The notes beneath the pieces were generated by a model that searched no databases, was not told the origin of the DNA, and worked only from the letters and a program-made list of their open reading frames with translations. From Cupriavidus necator (GTDB lineage Bacteria > Pseudomonadota > Gammaproteobacteria > Burkholderiales > Burkholderiaceae), in assembly GCF_016127575.1 (NCBI RefSeq), contig NZ_CP066018.1, forward strand, positions 330,001 to 362,000: 32,000 bases of DNA. The letters are read 5' to 3'. Numbering within the stretch: the first letter of the stretch is position 1; each line of letters opens with the position of its first letter. Below are positions 1 to 10,257 of this stretch, one piece after another. Position numbers and translations under genes: made by a program.

Positions 1-703
1 GGCATGACTCGTGCGGGTCCGGCGCGTAGAGCGTGCCGGGCTGCAGGAAGGCCATGTCCCCACCGGCCCGCACCAGCGCGCCATGCCAGTGCAGGCCGAT
101 GGCGCCGCGGTAGCACAGCGCCCAGCGCAGCCCGCGCGCCTGCAGCCGCTGCGCCCAGTCATCGCCCGACTGGTCCAGCTGGATGAACTCCGGCCGCATG
201 CCCTGCTCCGGCTGCGGGCCCTCGGCCCGCACCACCTCTGCCGGCAACACGTGCATGCCCGCCACCCCCTCGGCGCCATTGGCCCCGACCGCGGCAATGC
301 CGCCCAGCGCGCAGTGCCACCCCGCAGGCAGCGCCACCGGCCGCGATGCATCGGCCGGCCCTTGCGGCACGGTGCGCACCAGGATGGTGTCGACCATCGC
401 CTGCACCTGCATCGGTACGCCTGGCGCCGGCGCAAACAGCTCGCCGCCGCCCATCAGCAGGCAGCCGCGCCCGGGCGACCACAGCCGCAGGCCCCCGCGC
501 AGGCAGCCCCACCATTCATGGCGGTCCGCGGCAAATTCAGCCTGGGTCTCGCCGGCGCAGAGAAAGACGTAGTCGCAGGTGCTGCCGAGGCCGGCTGCAG
601 CGGCAAGCAAGCGTGACTGGAACCCGGGAATGAAGTCCGACGGCGCGTGGCGGTCGGCATGGAGGGCGCGCATCCGCGCCTCGAACAGCGTGAAGATCTG
701 CAT
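1..703 (-). CDS. hypothetical protein, N-terminal 234 codons (ORF continues past the left window edge)
   Basis: Absent from the supplied track because there is no stop inside the window. Hand translation from the ATG at 703-701 (minus) gives MQIFTLFEARMRALHADRHAPSDFIPGFQSRLLAAAAGLGSTCDYVFLCAGETQAEF... and stays open to nt 1. Third codon positions are G/C-rich like the neighbouring genes. GGGGGA lies about 6 nt upstream of the ATG. No family motif recognised. Confidence 0.6.
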   Translation of the reverse strand, partial: MQIFTLFEARMRALHADRHAPSDFIPGFQSRLLAAAAGLGSTCDYVFLCAGETQAEFAADRHEWWGCLRGGLRLWSPGRGCLLMGGGELFAPAPGVPMQVQAMVDTILVRTVPQGPADASRPVALPAGWHCALGGIAAVGANGAEGVAGMHVLPAEVVRAEGPQPEQGMRPEFIQLDQSGDDWAQRLQARGLRWALCYRGAIGLHWHGALVRAGGDMAFLQPGTLYAPDPHESC

Positions 704-908
704 GGCAATCCCCCTGCAGGGCGACAGGCCGCAAGGCGGCTGTCCGCGCAGTGCGGCGCACGCATGACAGCGTTGCGCGCAGCATTGCGCAGTGGCCCGT
801 TTGGCTCGGCCATGCAGGCCGTCCGGTTGATGCCATCGTGTCGCGCCATTTTGCCTGGCGCACCCCTCAATTTGCGGGTCGGACACCGATAGTGAGGAAG
901 AGGATAAG

Positions 909-1409
909 TTGTCGTGGCCTCAAGGTCAAACCCTTAGCCTCAGACCACTCCGAACCTTTCACGACCCCATGACTTCTCGAAATCTCAGACTATTCGGATT
1001 GCATCTTGCCTGGCTACGCAAGCAGCGGGGCTGGTCCCAGGAAACCCTGTCGCTTGAGAGCGGGCTGTCGCGCTCATACCTGAGCGGCATCGAAAGCGGC
1101 AAGCGCAACCTGGCGCTCGCCAACATCTGCAGGCTGGCCGAGACGCTCGCCGTGCCAACCCCGGAGATGCTCGACTTCAGCCGCCATGACGCCAGCCAGC
1201 TGCAGGTGGAACAATCGCGCGCGCCCTTCGGCAACCGCCAGCGCGCGGCGATCGAGGCCACCGTGCGCCATATGGCGGAGCTGACCGAGCCCGAGCTGAA
1301 CCTGGTGGCCGCGGTGGCGCGGGCGCTGGCGGGCAAGGGCAGCTTCCGCCCGTCGCTGACTCACGCCACCAACGCCGCATCCGATGCCAAGGGCGACAGC
1401 GCAGACTAG
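909..1409 (+). CDS. XRE (Cro/C1-type) helix-turn-helix transcriptional regulator
   Basis: HTH_3-like segment [47 protein letters not shown]. The TTG at 909 is preceded by GAGGAAGAGGA (894-904). The alternative ATG at 969 ([10 protein letters not shown]...) has no obvious SD. This is the only plus-strand gene in the window. Confidence 0.8.
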   Translation: MSWPQGQTLSLRPLRTFHDPMTSRNLRLFGLHLAWLRKQRGWSQETLSLESGLSRSYLSGIESGKRNLALANICRLAETLAVPTPEMLDFSRHDASQLQVEQSRAPFGNRQRAAIEATVRHMAELTEPELNLVAAVARALAGKGSFRPSLTHATNAASDAKGDSAD

Positions 1410-2035
1410 ACGCCCAGCATGCCCTGCCGTTCGATAAAGCGGATCACCTCGTCCAGGCCCTGCCCGGACTTGACGCTGCCCATCACGAACGGCCGGGCGC
1501 CGCGCATCTTGCGCGCATCGCTCTCCATCACTTCCAGCGATGCCCCGACGTATGGCGCCAGGTCCGTCTTGTTGATCACCAGCAAGTCGGACTTGGTAAT
1601 GCCCGGCCCACCCTTTCTCGGAATCTTCTCACCGCCGGCTACGTCGATGACGTAGATCGTCAAATCAGAAAGTTCTGGGCTGAAGGTGGCAGCGAGGTTG
1701 TCGCCGCCGGACTCGATGAAGACCACGTCAGCATCCGGGAAGCGCGCCAGCATGCGGTCCACCGCCTCCAGGTTGATCGAGGCGTCCTCGCGGATCGCGG
1801 TGTGCGGACATCCGCCCGTTTCCACGCCCATGATGCGTTCCGCCGGCAACGCGCCGGAGACCGTCAGGAGACGCTGGTCCTCCTTCGTGTAGATGTCGTT
1901 GGTGATGGCAACCAGGTCGTAGCGGTCGCGCATCGCCTTGCACAGCATTTCCAGCAGCGTGGTCTTGCCGGAGCCAACCGGGCCGCCGACGCCGACGCGC
2001 AGCGGAGGGTTCTTCTTGGTACGGGCCTGGGTCAT
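1406..2035 (-). CDS. ureG: urease accessory GTPase UreG
   Basis: 209 aa. P-loop [21 protein letters not shown] and ESGGDNL motifs typical of UreG. Last gene of the ure cluster. Confidence 0.97.
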   Translation of the reverse strand: MTQARTKKNPPLRVGVGGPVGSGKTTLLEMLCKAMRDRYDLVAITNDIYTKEDQRLLTVSGALPAERIMGVETGGCPHTAIREDASINLEAVDRMLARFPDADVVFIESGGDNLAATFSPELSDLTIYVIDVAGGEKIPRKGGPGITKSDLLVINKTDLAPYVGASLEVMESDARKMRGARPFVMGSVKSGQGLDEVIRFIERQGMLGV

Positions 2036-2049
2036 GGTGCGATATGGGT

Positions 2050-2742
2050 TCAGGATCGGAACAGCCGGGAGTACTGCGTTTCGTGGCGCGCGGAAAGCAG
2101 GCCCAGCATCGGGGAAAAGGTGGAAAGTTGCGGCGGCGTGGCGTCGGCGCGGCGCGTGGCTTCATCGACTGTGTCGAGCACCGCGCAGTGCAGGCGCCGC
2201 AGCATGTGCTGCCCCGCCACCTGGCCCAGCGGCACCGCCTTGATCGCCGCGGCGACCTGGTTCTCGGCCCAGTTGAAGCAATAGGCAGCGAGGCCGTCGC
2301 GCGCCTCGACCTGCAGCGCCACGCATGCCGCAGTGAACGCCGTCGGCAGGCACACCGGCGACAGCGCCGCCAGCGTCTCGCGCAGCACGGGCGCGCCCCA
2401 CTCCATCTGCGCAATCAGCCTGGACAGCGACCAGCCCATCTGCTCGGTCTCAAGCCGCAACTCGGAAGTCTCGCGCGTGGCGCGGAACCAGTCGTTCCAT
2501 GTCCGCACCTGCGCGGCATCGCCCGCTTTCCAGCAGCGATGCAGCAGCAGCCACAGCGGCGCTTCGCATTGCGCCTGCACATGCAGCAGGTTGTCGCGGA
2601 TCCATCGTTCTGCGCTTGCCGCATCGTGCACGCTGCCACAATCGATCGCAGCTTCCAGGCCTTGCGAATAGCTGAAGCCGCCGATTGGCAGCGATGGCGA
2701 TGCGAGGTGCAGCAGTGAGATCAACTGGTGGAGTTGCGTCAT
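2050..2742 (-). CDS. ureF: urease accessory protein UreF
   Basis: 230 aa. N-terminal [21 protein letters not shown] motif characteristic of UreF. Lies between ureE and ureG. Confidence 0.93.
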   Translation of the reverse strand: MTQLHQLISLLHLASPSLPIGGFSYSQGLEAAIDCGSVHDAASAERWIRDNLLHVQAQCEAPLWLLLHRCWKAGDAAQVRTWNDWFRATRETSELRLETEQMGWSLSRLIAQMEWGAPVLRETLAALSPVCLPTAFTAACVALQVEARDGLAAYCFNWAENQVAAAIKAVPLGQVAGQHMLRRLHCAVLDTVDEATRRADATPPQLSTFSPMLGLLSARHETQYSRLFRS

Positions 2743-2773
2743 GGCGCGGACTCCGGTTCAGCGATGGCTTGCT

Positions 2774-2801
2774 CCCCTCTCCCGCAAGCGGGAGAGGGGA
2801 G
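2774..2801. repeat. REP-like GC-rich palindrome (copy 1), CCCCTCTCCCGCAAGCGGGAGAGGGGAG
   Basis: Arms 2772-2785 and 2788-2801 are complementary around a GCAA centre. An identical 28-mer recurs at 11997-12024. Located in the 121-nt ureE-ureF gap. Confidence 0.85.
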
Positions 2802-2863
2802 TATCGGCGAGTTCAGTTCTTCATCGGTTGGCATGGTCCGGCACCCACCTTGCAGGGCAAAAT

Positions 2864-3442
2864 TCAGTGCTTATGTCCACACTTCTCGTCATGCACGTGA
2901 TCGTGCGAGTGCGAGTGCGAGTGCCCATGATGCTCATGAAACACCGCCTGCGCCGCCGCATAGTCCTCCGCAAACGTCGCATCGTGCCCATGCTTGTGCC
3001 CGCCGCCATAGGCCCCAGCCTCCGGCTCGAACGGCAGCTCGGCACGTTCGGCGCGCACGCCCAGCCGTTGCAGCATGTCCGCCAGCACCGCGTCATATTC
3101 CAGCCGCAGGTAGTCGCGCCCGATCTCCACCGGCGTATGGCGGTTGCCGAGGTGATAGGCCGCGCGCATCAGCGCATGCGGGTCTTCCGCACGCACTTCC
3201 AGCACCGCCTCGGCAGCGGCCTGCACTTCCACGAAGCTGCCGTCTTCGGCCACCAACAGGTCGCCGCCGCGCAGCACGGTGCCGCGCGCCAGGAACAGCG
3301 CGGCTTCGTCGCCGTTGTCGAGCACCGCGCGCAGGCGGCTCTTGCTGCGTTCGGCGAAGGGCAGGACCAGCTTGGGCGCGCGGCGCACCAGCACGGGCGC
3401 GATGCCGTGCGGGGCGCTCAGGAGTTTGTCGATCTTCAGCAT
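2864..3442 (-). CDS. ureE: urease accessory nickel chaperone UreE with His-rich C-terminal tail
   Basis: 192 aa. N-terminal MLKIDKLL...[28 protein letters not shown] fits UreE. C-terminus is [24 protein letters not shown]. Sits downstream of ureC. Confidence 0.92.
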   Translation of the reverse strand: MLKIDKLLSAPHGIAPVLVRRAPKLVLPFAERSKSRLRAVLDNGDEAALFLARGTVLRGGDLLVAEDGSFVEVQAAAEAVLEVRAEDPHALMRAAYHLGNRHTPVEIGRDYLRLEYDAVLADMLQRLGVRAERAELPFEPEAGAYGGGHKHGHDATFAEDYAAAQAVFHEHHGHSHSHSHDHVHDEKCGHKH

Positions 3443-3471
3443 GGGCGATGCGGGGCGCGGGCCCCGGCCAG

Positions 3472-5186
<1,715 letters not shown>

Positions 5187-5187
<1 letters not shown>

Positions 5188-5492
5188 CACAGCGCTCCCA
5201 TGATCTTGCCGTTGAAGCCATAGACGATGCGGTCGCCGTCCAGCGCCACCAGTTCCACCGTGCGCGTCTGACCGGGCTCGAAGCGCACCGCGGTGCCGGC
5301 GGCAATATTCAGCCGGAAGCCGCGCGCGGTTTCGCGGTCAAAGGCCAGCGCCGCATTGGTCTCGTAGAAATGGAAGTGCGAGCCGACCTGGATCGGCCGG
5401 TCGCCGGTATTGGCCACCGTCACGCTGACCGTGGCGCGGCCGGCATTCAGTTCGATCTCGCCGTCGGCGGGCATCAGTTCACCGGGGATCAT
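5187..5492 (-). CDS. ureB: urease beta subunit UreB
   Basis: 101 aa, [19 protein letters not shown]...[20 protein letters not shown] at 5492 with GAGGAG 8 nt upstream. The track ORF to 6005 is an over-extension through ureJ in another frame. Confidence 0.95.
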
Positions 5493-5503
5493 GGCGATTC
5501 TCC

Positions 5504-6115
5504 TCAGGCCACCAGCAGGCTGGCGCCATACAGCGCCACGCCGGCACCTGCCGCGCGGGCCAGCCAGCCGGCATGGCGGCGCAGCAACGTGCCGGCGCCG
5601 ATGCCCAGCAGGTGCAGCGCCATGGTGGCGGCCGCAAACCCGCCTACGTATGCGAGTACCGCAGGCAGCGCGCCCGCAGTGGCGGGCAGTTCGGCCCCGT
5701 GGGCGTAGCCGTGGAAGATGGCAAAGCCGCCGACCAGCAGCGTACCGGCCCACGCCGGCAGCTTCGCGCGCAGCGCCAGCAGCAACCCGATCACCAGCAA
5801 CGAGGCCGCGATCATCGGTTCGACTGCGGGCAGCGCCACACCGGACAGGCCGATTGCAGCCCCCACCAGCATCAGCGCCACGAAGGCCAGCGGCAGGCGC
5901 AGGGTGTCGGCGGCCGAGCGGGCAATCAATGCGCTCCACACGCCCACCGCCGCCATCGCCAGCAAATGGTCGGCGCCGGTGAAGGGGTGCGCCAGGCCGG
6001 CCCACAGGCTGGCGCTGACGGTGGCGGCATCGTGGCCGGGATGCGCCAGGGCGGCGCCGGCGGCAACGGTCAGGGAAGTGCCCAGGGCAAGGCGCAGGCA
6101 GGCGGTACGGTTCAT
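5504..6115 (-). CDS. ureJ: HupE/UreJ family nickel (cobalt) permease
   Basis: 203 aa. Signal peptide ends AALA followed by HPGHD (mature N-terminal His). Multiple Gly/Ala-rich TM segments and a FHGYAHGAE motif. Inserted between ureA and ureB. Confidence 0.88.
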   Translation of the reverse strand: MNRTACLRLALGTSLTVAAGAALAHPGHDAATVSASLWAGLAHPFTGADHLLAMAAVGVWSALIARSAADTLRLPLAFVALMLVGAAIGLSGVALPAVEPMIAASLLVIGLLLALRAKLPAWAGTLLVGGFAIFHGYAHGAELPATAGALPAVLAYVGGFAAATMALHLLGIGAGTLLRRHAGWLARAAGAGVALYGASLLVA

Positions 6116-6169
6116 GTCGGCTCTCGGGTTGGTCTTGTTATCGCGGTCCAGAATCGGAATCGGTCATGT

Positions 6170-6472
6170 TCAGACAATGGGATGGTGGACGGTCACCAGC
6201 TTGGTGCCATCCGGAAAGGTGGCCTCCACCTGGATCTCGGGGATCATCTCGGCCACGCCATCCATCACGTCCTCGCGGCCCAGCACGGTGGTGCCCTCAT
6301 GCATCAGCTCGGCCACGGTGCGGCCATCGCGCGCGCCTTCCATGATGGCGGCGGTGATCAGCGCCACCGCTTCCGGGTAGTTCAGCTTCAGCCCGCGTGC
6401 CTTGCGCCGCTCGGCCAGCAGCGCGGCGGTGAAGATCAGCAGCTTGTCTTTCTCTCGCGGCGTCAGTTCCAT
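6170..6472 (-). CDS. ureA: urease gamma subunit UreA
   Basis: 100 aa, [39 protein letters not shown]... Classic UreA. The track ORF to 6760 is over-extended. Confidence 0.96.
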   Translation of the reverse strand: MELTPREKDKLLIFTAALLAERRKARGLKLNYPEAVALITAAIMEGARDGRTVAELMHEGTTVLGREDVMDGVAEMIPEIQVEATFPDGTKLVTVHHPIV

Positions 6473-6516
6473 CTCTTGTTCCTGGTTTCTTGTGTTCGGT
6501 TGTCTCTGTTGGCGGC

Positions 6517-7386
6517 CTACGTGGCCCACAGCCGCAGCGGCCGCGCCGCGACACCGTGGATCGGCATGCGCAGCGCCTGCCAGCTGTCGACCATGACGTG
6601 GCGCACGGCTTCCATCTGCCGGCCCAGCACGCGCAGCAGCAGCATCGACTGGCCGCTGGTGGCCAGGCAGGTCACGCCGGCGCGCAGCTCCGGCGTATAA
6701 GGCAGCTGTTCGGCCAGGGCTTCGGCCAGTTCCTGCGTCGCGCCCTCGCCTACCGCCCACAGCGTGCCCAGCACATTGAGTCCATCGAGGCCGGCCACCG
6801 CGGTGCGCAGCGGCGACTCGGCTTCAAGATGCGATTGCTCGATCCACAACGCACGCTCGCCCGTGCCGACGCGGGTATCCAGCCACAGCGCGCCGCGGGT
6901 CCACTGCTCGCCGGATGCCTGCCGGCCCAGCACCACAGCATCCCAGCCGATCGCGCTGCCGCCGGGCGCGACGTCGAGCACGGTCGAAATCCGCGCACGG
7001 GCGTCGTCGAAGACGATGTTCTCCTGCGGCAGCCAGTCCAGCCGCGCGCCTGCGCCCACCGTCAGGCGCACATGCTGCGCCGCCTCGCGGCCGAGCGACT
7101 TGTACCACTTGGTGGCACCCGGCGTGGCCAGCACGGCGTGCGCGCCATCCTCGACCGTCACGTCGATATCCAGGCTGTCGCCGCCTGCCACGCCAGCCGG
7201 CGGATGCAGGATCACCGCGTGGCAGATGCCGCCTTCCGGGTACAGCGGCTTCTGCACCAGCAGCGGCCCCTGGTGGCGCCGCTCGGTCAGCGCGGTGCGT
7301 TCGCCGCGCTGCGCAAAGCGCAGCCGCAGGGTGGCCTGCCATGCGGCGGGCACGGTGAGCGATGAAGGAAGATCGGGATGGCGCAT
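6517..7386 (-). CDS. ureD: urease accessory protein UreD
   Basis: MRHPDLPSS...[40 protein letters not shown] matches UreD/UreH. ATG at 7386 preferred; the track start at 7437 is a TTG without SD. Start is uncertain. Confidence 0.88.
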   Translation of the reverse strand: MRHPDLPSSLTVPAAWQATLRLRFAQRGERTALTERRHQGPLLVQKPLYPEGGICHAVILHPPAGVAGGDSLDIDVTVEDGAHAVLATPGATKWYKSLGREAAQHVRLTVGAGARLDWLPQENIVFDDARARISTVLDVAPGGSAIGWDAVVLGRQASGEQWTRGALWLDTRVGTGERALWIEQSHLEAESPLRTAVAGLDGLNVLGTLWAVGEGATQELAEALAEQLPYTPELRAGVTCLATSGQSMLLLRVLGRQMEAVRHVMVDSWQALRMPIHGVAARPLRLWAT

Positions 7387-7508
7387 GGCAAGGACAGCCG
7401 GCGGAGGCGCGCGCGCAATGGCGGGAGTTGCAAGCAATCATAGCGCGCTGCCTGGCTTCGCGTAAGCAGCGTATGACCCACAAATCCCGGCGCTGCCGCG
7501 CAGCCGCC

Positions 7509-8201
7509 CTACACGGCGATCAGCTCCCGCACGCCGTCCTGCTCCATGCTGGCGCCGGCACCCCGCGCCACCACTTCGCCGCGGCTCATCACGACATAGT
7601 GGTCGGCAATATGCCGCGCGAACTCGTAGTACTGCTCGACCAGCAGCACCGTCATGCCGAACTCGTCGACCAGCAGGCGCAGCGCCCGGCCGATGTCCTG
7701 GATGATGGAAGGCTGGATGCCCTCGGTGGGCTCGTCCAGGATCAGCAGGCCCGGCTCGCTCATCAGCGCGCGCCCGATCGCCAGTTGCTGCTGCTGGCCG
7801 CCGGACAGGTCGCCGCCGCGGCGCAGGCGCATGGTGCGCAGCACCGGGAACAACTGGTAGATCCGGTCCGGCACGCCGGACGGCCGCGCCCGGCTGGCTG
7901 CGCCGATCAGCAGGTTTTCTTCCACCGTCAGCCGCGGGAAGATCTCCCGGCCCTGCGGCACATAGGCCAGCCCGGCGGACACGCGCTCATACGGAGCCTT
8001 CTTCTCCAGCGCCTGCCCTTGCCATTGGATGCTGCCGCTGCGCGTGGGCACCACGCCCATCAGGCACTTGAGCAGCGTACTCTTGCCCACGCCGTTGCGG
8101 CCCAGCAGCGTGGTCAGCTTGCCGGCGGGCACGTCGAAGCTGACATTGCGCAGGATATGGCTGCCGCCATAGAACTGGTTCAGTGCATTGACCTGCAGCA
8201 T
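7509..8201 (-). CDS. urtE: urea ABC transporter ATP-binding protein UrtE
   Basis: 230 aa. Walker A GRNGVGKST, signature LSGGQQQ, Walker B LLILDEP. LivF-like. Fifth gene after urtA-D. Confidence 0.92.
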   Translation of the reverse strand: MLQVNALNQFYGGSHILRNVSFDVPAGKLTTLLGRNGVGKSTLLKCLMGVVPTRSGSIQWQGQALEKKAPYERVSAGLAYVPQGREIFPRLTVEENLLIGAASRARPSGVPDRIYQLFPVLRTMRLRRGGDLSGGQQQQLAIGRALMSEPGLLILDEPTEGIQPSIIQDIGRALRLLVDEFGMTVLLVEQYYEFARHIADHYVVMSRGEVVARGAGASMEQDGVRELIAV

Positions 8202-8203
8202 GC

Positions 8204-9052
8204 TTATCTTCCCAGGTAGGATTCGATCACGCGCTCATCGCGCTTGACGCTGTCGAGCGTGCCTTCGGCCAGCACGCTGCCCTCGGCCAGCACCGTGACC
8301 TGGCCGGCATCGCCCGCGAGCGCGGCGACGAACTCCATGTCGTGCTCGACCACCATCATCGAGCAGCTGCCGCGCAGGCCGTTGAGCAGCGCCGCCAGCT
8401 GCATGGTCTCTTCATCGGTCATGCCGGCCACCGGCTCGTCCAGCAACAGCAGCTGCGGCTGCTGCATCAACAGCATGCCGATCTCCAGGCGCTGCTTCTG
8501 CCCGTGCGACAGCAGCCCGGCGGGCCGGTAGGCCTCTGCCTCCAGTCCGGTCAGCGCCAGCGTTTCCTCGATGCGGCGATGCCCCTCCGCCGTCAGCCGC
8601 GCGCGCAGCGACGACCACCAGCGCTTGTCGGCCTTCATCGCCAGTTCCAGGTTCTCCCACACCGCGTGCTGCTCGAACACCGTGGGCTTCTGGAACTTGC
8701 GGCCGATGCCGACCTGCGCGATGCGCGGCTCGGTCATCCGCATCAGGTCGATGGTCTGGCCCAGGAACACGCGCCCGCTGACATTGGCATTGCGCGGCCC
8801 GGTCTTGCCGGTGATGACATCCATCATCGTGGTCTTGCCGGCACCGTTGGGACCGATCACGCAGCGCAACTCGCCATGGTCGATCGACAAGGTCAGCTTG
8901 TTCAGCGCGCGGAAGCCGTCGAACTGCACCGTCAGGTCTTCCAGGTACAGGATCGGCCCGTGCGAGACATCGATGGTGCCGGGCTCGACGATGCGGCCCA
9001 GGCCGGTGGCATCGCCGCTTTCGGCCTGGCCGTGCTGGAGTGCGGCGTTCAT
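8204..9052 (-). CDS. urtD: urea ABC transporter ATP-binding protein UrtD
   Basis: 282 aa. Walker A GPNGAGKTT, signature LSHGQKQ, Walker B LLLLDEP. LivG-like with an N-terminal extension. The ATG overlaps the urtC stop (ATGA). Confidence 0.92.
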   Translation of the reverse strand: MNAALQHGQAESGDATGLGRIVEPGTIDVSHGPILYLEDLTVQFDGFRALNKLTLSIDHGELRCVIGPNGAGKTTMMDVITGKTGPRNANVSGRVFLGQTIDLMRMTEPRIAQVGIGRKFQKPTVFEQHAVWENLELAMKADKRWWSSLRARLTAEGHRRIEETLALTGLEAEAYRPAGLLSHGQKQRLEIGMLLMQQPQLLLLDEPVAGMTDEETMQLAALLNGLRGSCSMMVVEHDMEFVAALAGDAGQVTVLAEGSVLAEGTLDSVKRDERVIESYLGR

Positions 9053-10257
9053 GCTTCACCTCCCGTGCGGCCTGCCACGGCAGGCGCGGAAACAGGGTCT
9101 GCAGCGGCTGATGGTGCGGCCGCGCGCCGCTCGCGCAGCCGGTTCCACAGCCCGGTCACGCCATCGGGCAGGTACAAGGTCACCAGCACGAACATCGCGC
9201 CCAGCAGGAACAGCCAGTATTCGGCAAAGTGGGCTGTGAACAGGGTCTTGGCACCATTGACCAGGAACGCGCCGATCACCGGTCCGATCAGCGTGCCGCG
9301 CCCGCCCACGGCGACCCACACCGCCATCTCGATCGAATTGCCGGGCGACATCTCGCCGGGGTTGATGATGCCCACCTGCGGCACGTACAGCGCCCCCGCG
9401 ATGCCGCACAGCACCGCCGAAAAGGTCCACACGAAGAGCTTGTAGCCCAGCGGGTTGTAGCCGGAGAACATCACCCGCATCTCGGCATCGCGCACCGCGG
9501 TGACCACGCGCCCGAGCTTGGACGTGACGATGTAGCGGCAGGCGATGAAGCCCGCCAGCAGCGCCAGGAAGGTCAGCACGAACAGCGCCGTGCGCGTCTG
9601 CGGCGCCGCAATCGCAAAGCCGGCAATGCGCTTGAAGTCCGTGAAGCCGTTGTTGCCGCCGAAACCGGTCTCGTTGCGGAAGAACAGCAGCATCGCCGCA
9701 TACGTCATCGCCTGCGTGATGATCGACAGGTACACGCCCTTGATGCGCGAGCGGAAGGCGAAGAAGCCGAACAGCCACGCCAGCACGCCTGGCACCAGCA
9801 CCACCAGCAGCAGCGCATAGCCGAGGTGCTCGGTGCCGTGCCAGAACCATGGCAGCTCCTTCCAGTCGAGGAACACCATGAAGTCCGGCAGTTCGCTCTT
9901 GTACACGCCCTCGCGCCCGATCGATCGCATCAGGTACATGCCCATGGCATAGCCGCCCAGCGCGAAGAACAGCCCGTGGCCCAGGCTCAGGATGCCGCAG
10001 TAGCCCCACACCAGGTCCAGCGCGATCGCCGCCAGCGCAAAGCACATGATCTTGCCGACCAGCGTCAGCGCATAAGCCGACAGGTGCAGCGGATGCCCCT
10101 CCGGCAACACCAGCGCGCACACCGGCACGCCGATGCCGACGATCACCACCAGCGCCGCAAGCACCAGCCAGCCGCGCGGCGAGAACAGCGCCTGCCGCTC
10201 TGGCACCGCTAGCCGGAACGCGGTGGCGGAAGAATTCGATTGGACTCGCTGCATCAT
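9049..10257 (-). CDS. urtC: urea ABC transporter permease UrtC
   Basis: 402 aa from MMQRVQSNSS...; LivM-type polytopic permease. The ATG at 10257 overlaps the urtB TGA (10254-10256). The track ORF to 10764 is an Arg/Gly-rich over-extension across urtB. Confidence 0.9.
   Translation of the reverse strand: MMQRVQSNSSATAFRLAVPERQALFSPRGWLVLAALVVIVGIGVPVCALVLPEGHPLHLSAYALTLVGKIMCFALAAIALDLVWGYCGILSLGHGLFFALGGYAMGMYLMRSIGREGVYKSELPDFMVFLDWKELPWFWHGTEHLGYALLLVVLVPGVLAWLFGFFAFRSRIKGVYLSIITQAMTYAAMLLFFRNETGFGGNNGFTDFKRIAGFAIAAPQTRTALFVLTFLALLAGFIACRYIVTSKLGRVVTAVRDAEMRVMFSGYNPLGYKLFVWTFSAVLCGIAGALYVPQVGIINPGEMSPGNSIEMAVWVAVGGRGTLIGPVIGAFLVNGAKTLFTAHFAEYWLFLLGAMFVLVTLYLPDGVTGLWNRLRERRAAAPSAAADPVSAPAVAGRTGGEA

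Noticed and set aside
909-1409. XRE regulator as the antitoxin or controller of a toxin-antitoxin, restriction-modification or phage-defence module
   Set aside because: There is no adjacent small toxin-like ORF, nuclease, methylase or integrase. Its neighbours are ureG (convergent) and a 234+ aa unknown gene (divergent). The evidence is insufficient.
7387-7508. Possible second sigma-54 or NtrC-dependent promoter, or a terminator, between urtE and ureD
   Set aside because: No GG-N10-GC element fits on the minus strand. The GC hairpin next to the urtE stop (about 7489-7508) has a bulge, a 3-nt loop and no U-tract. I left it uncalled.
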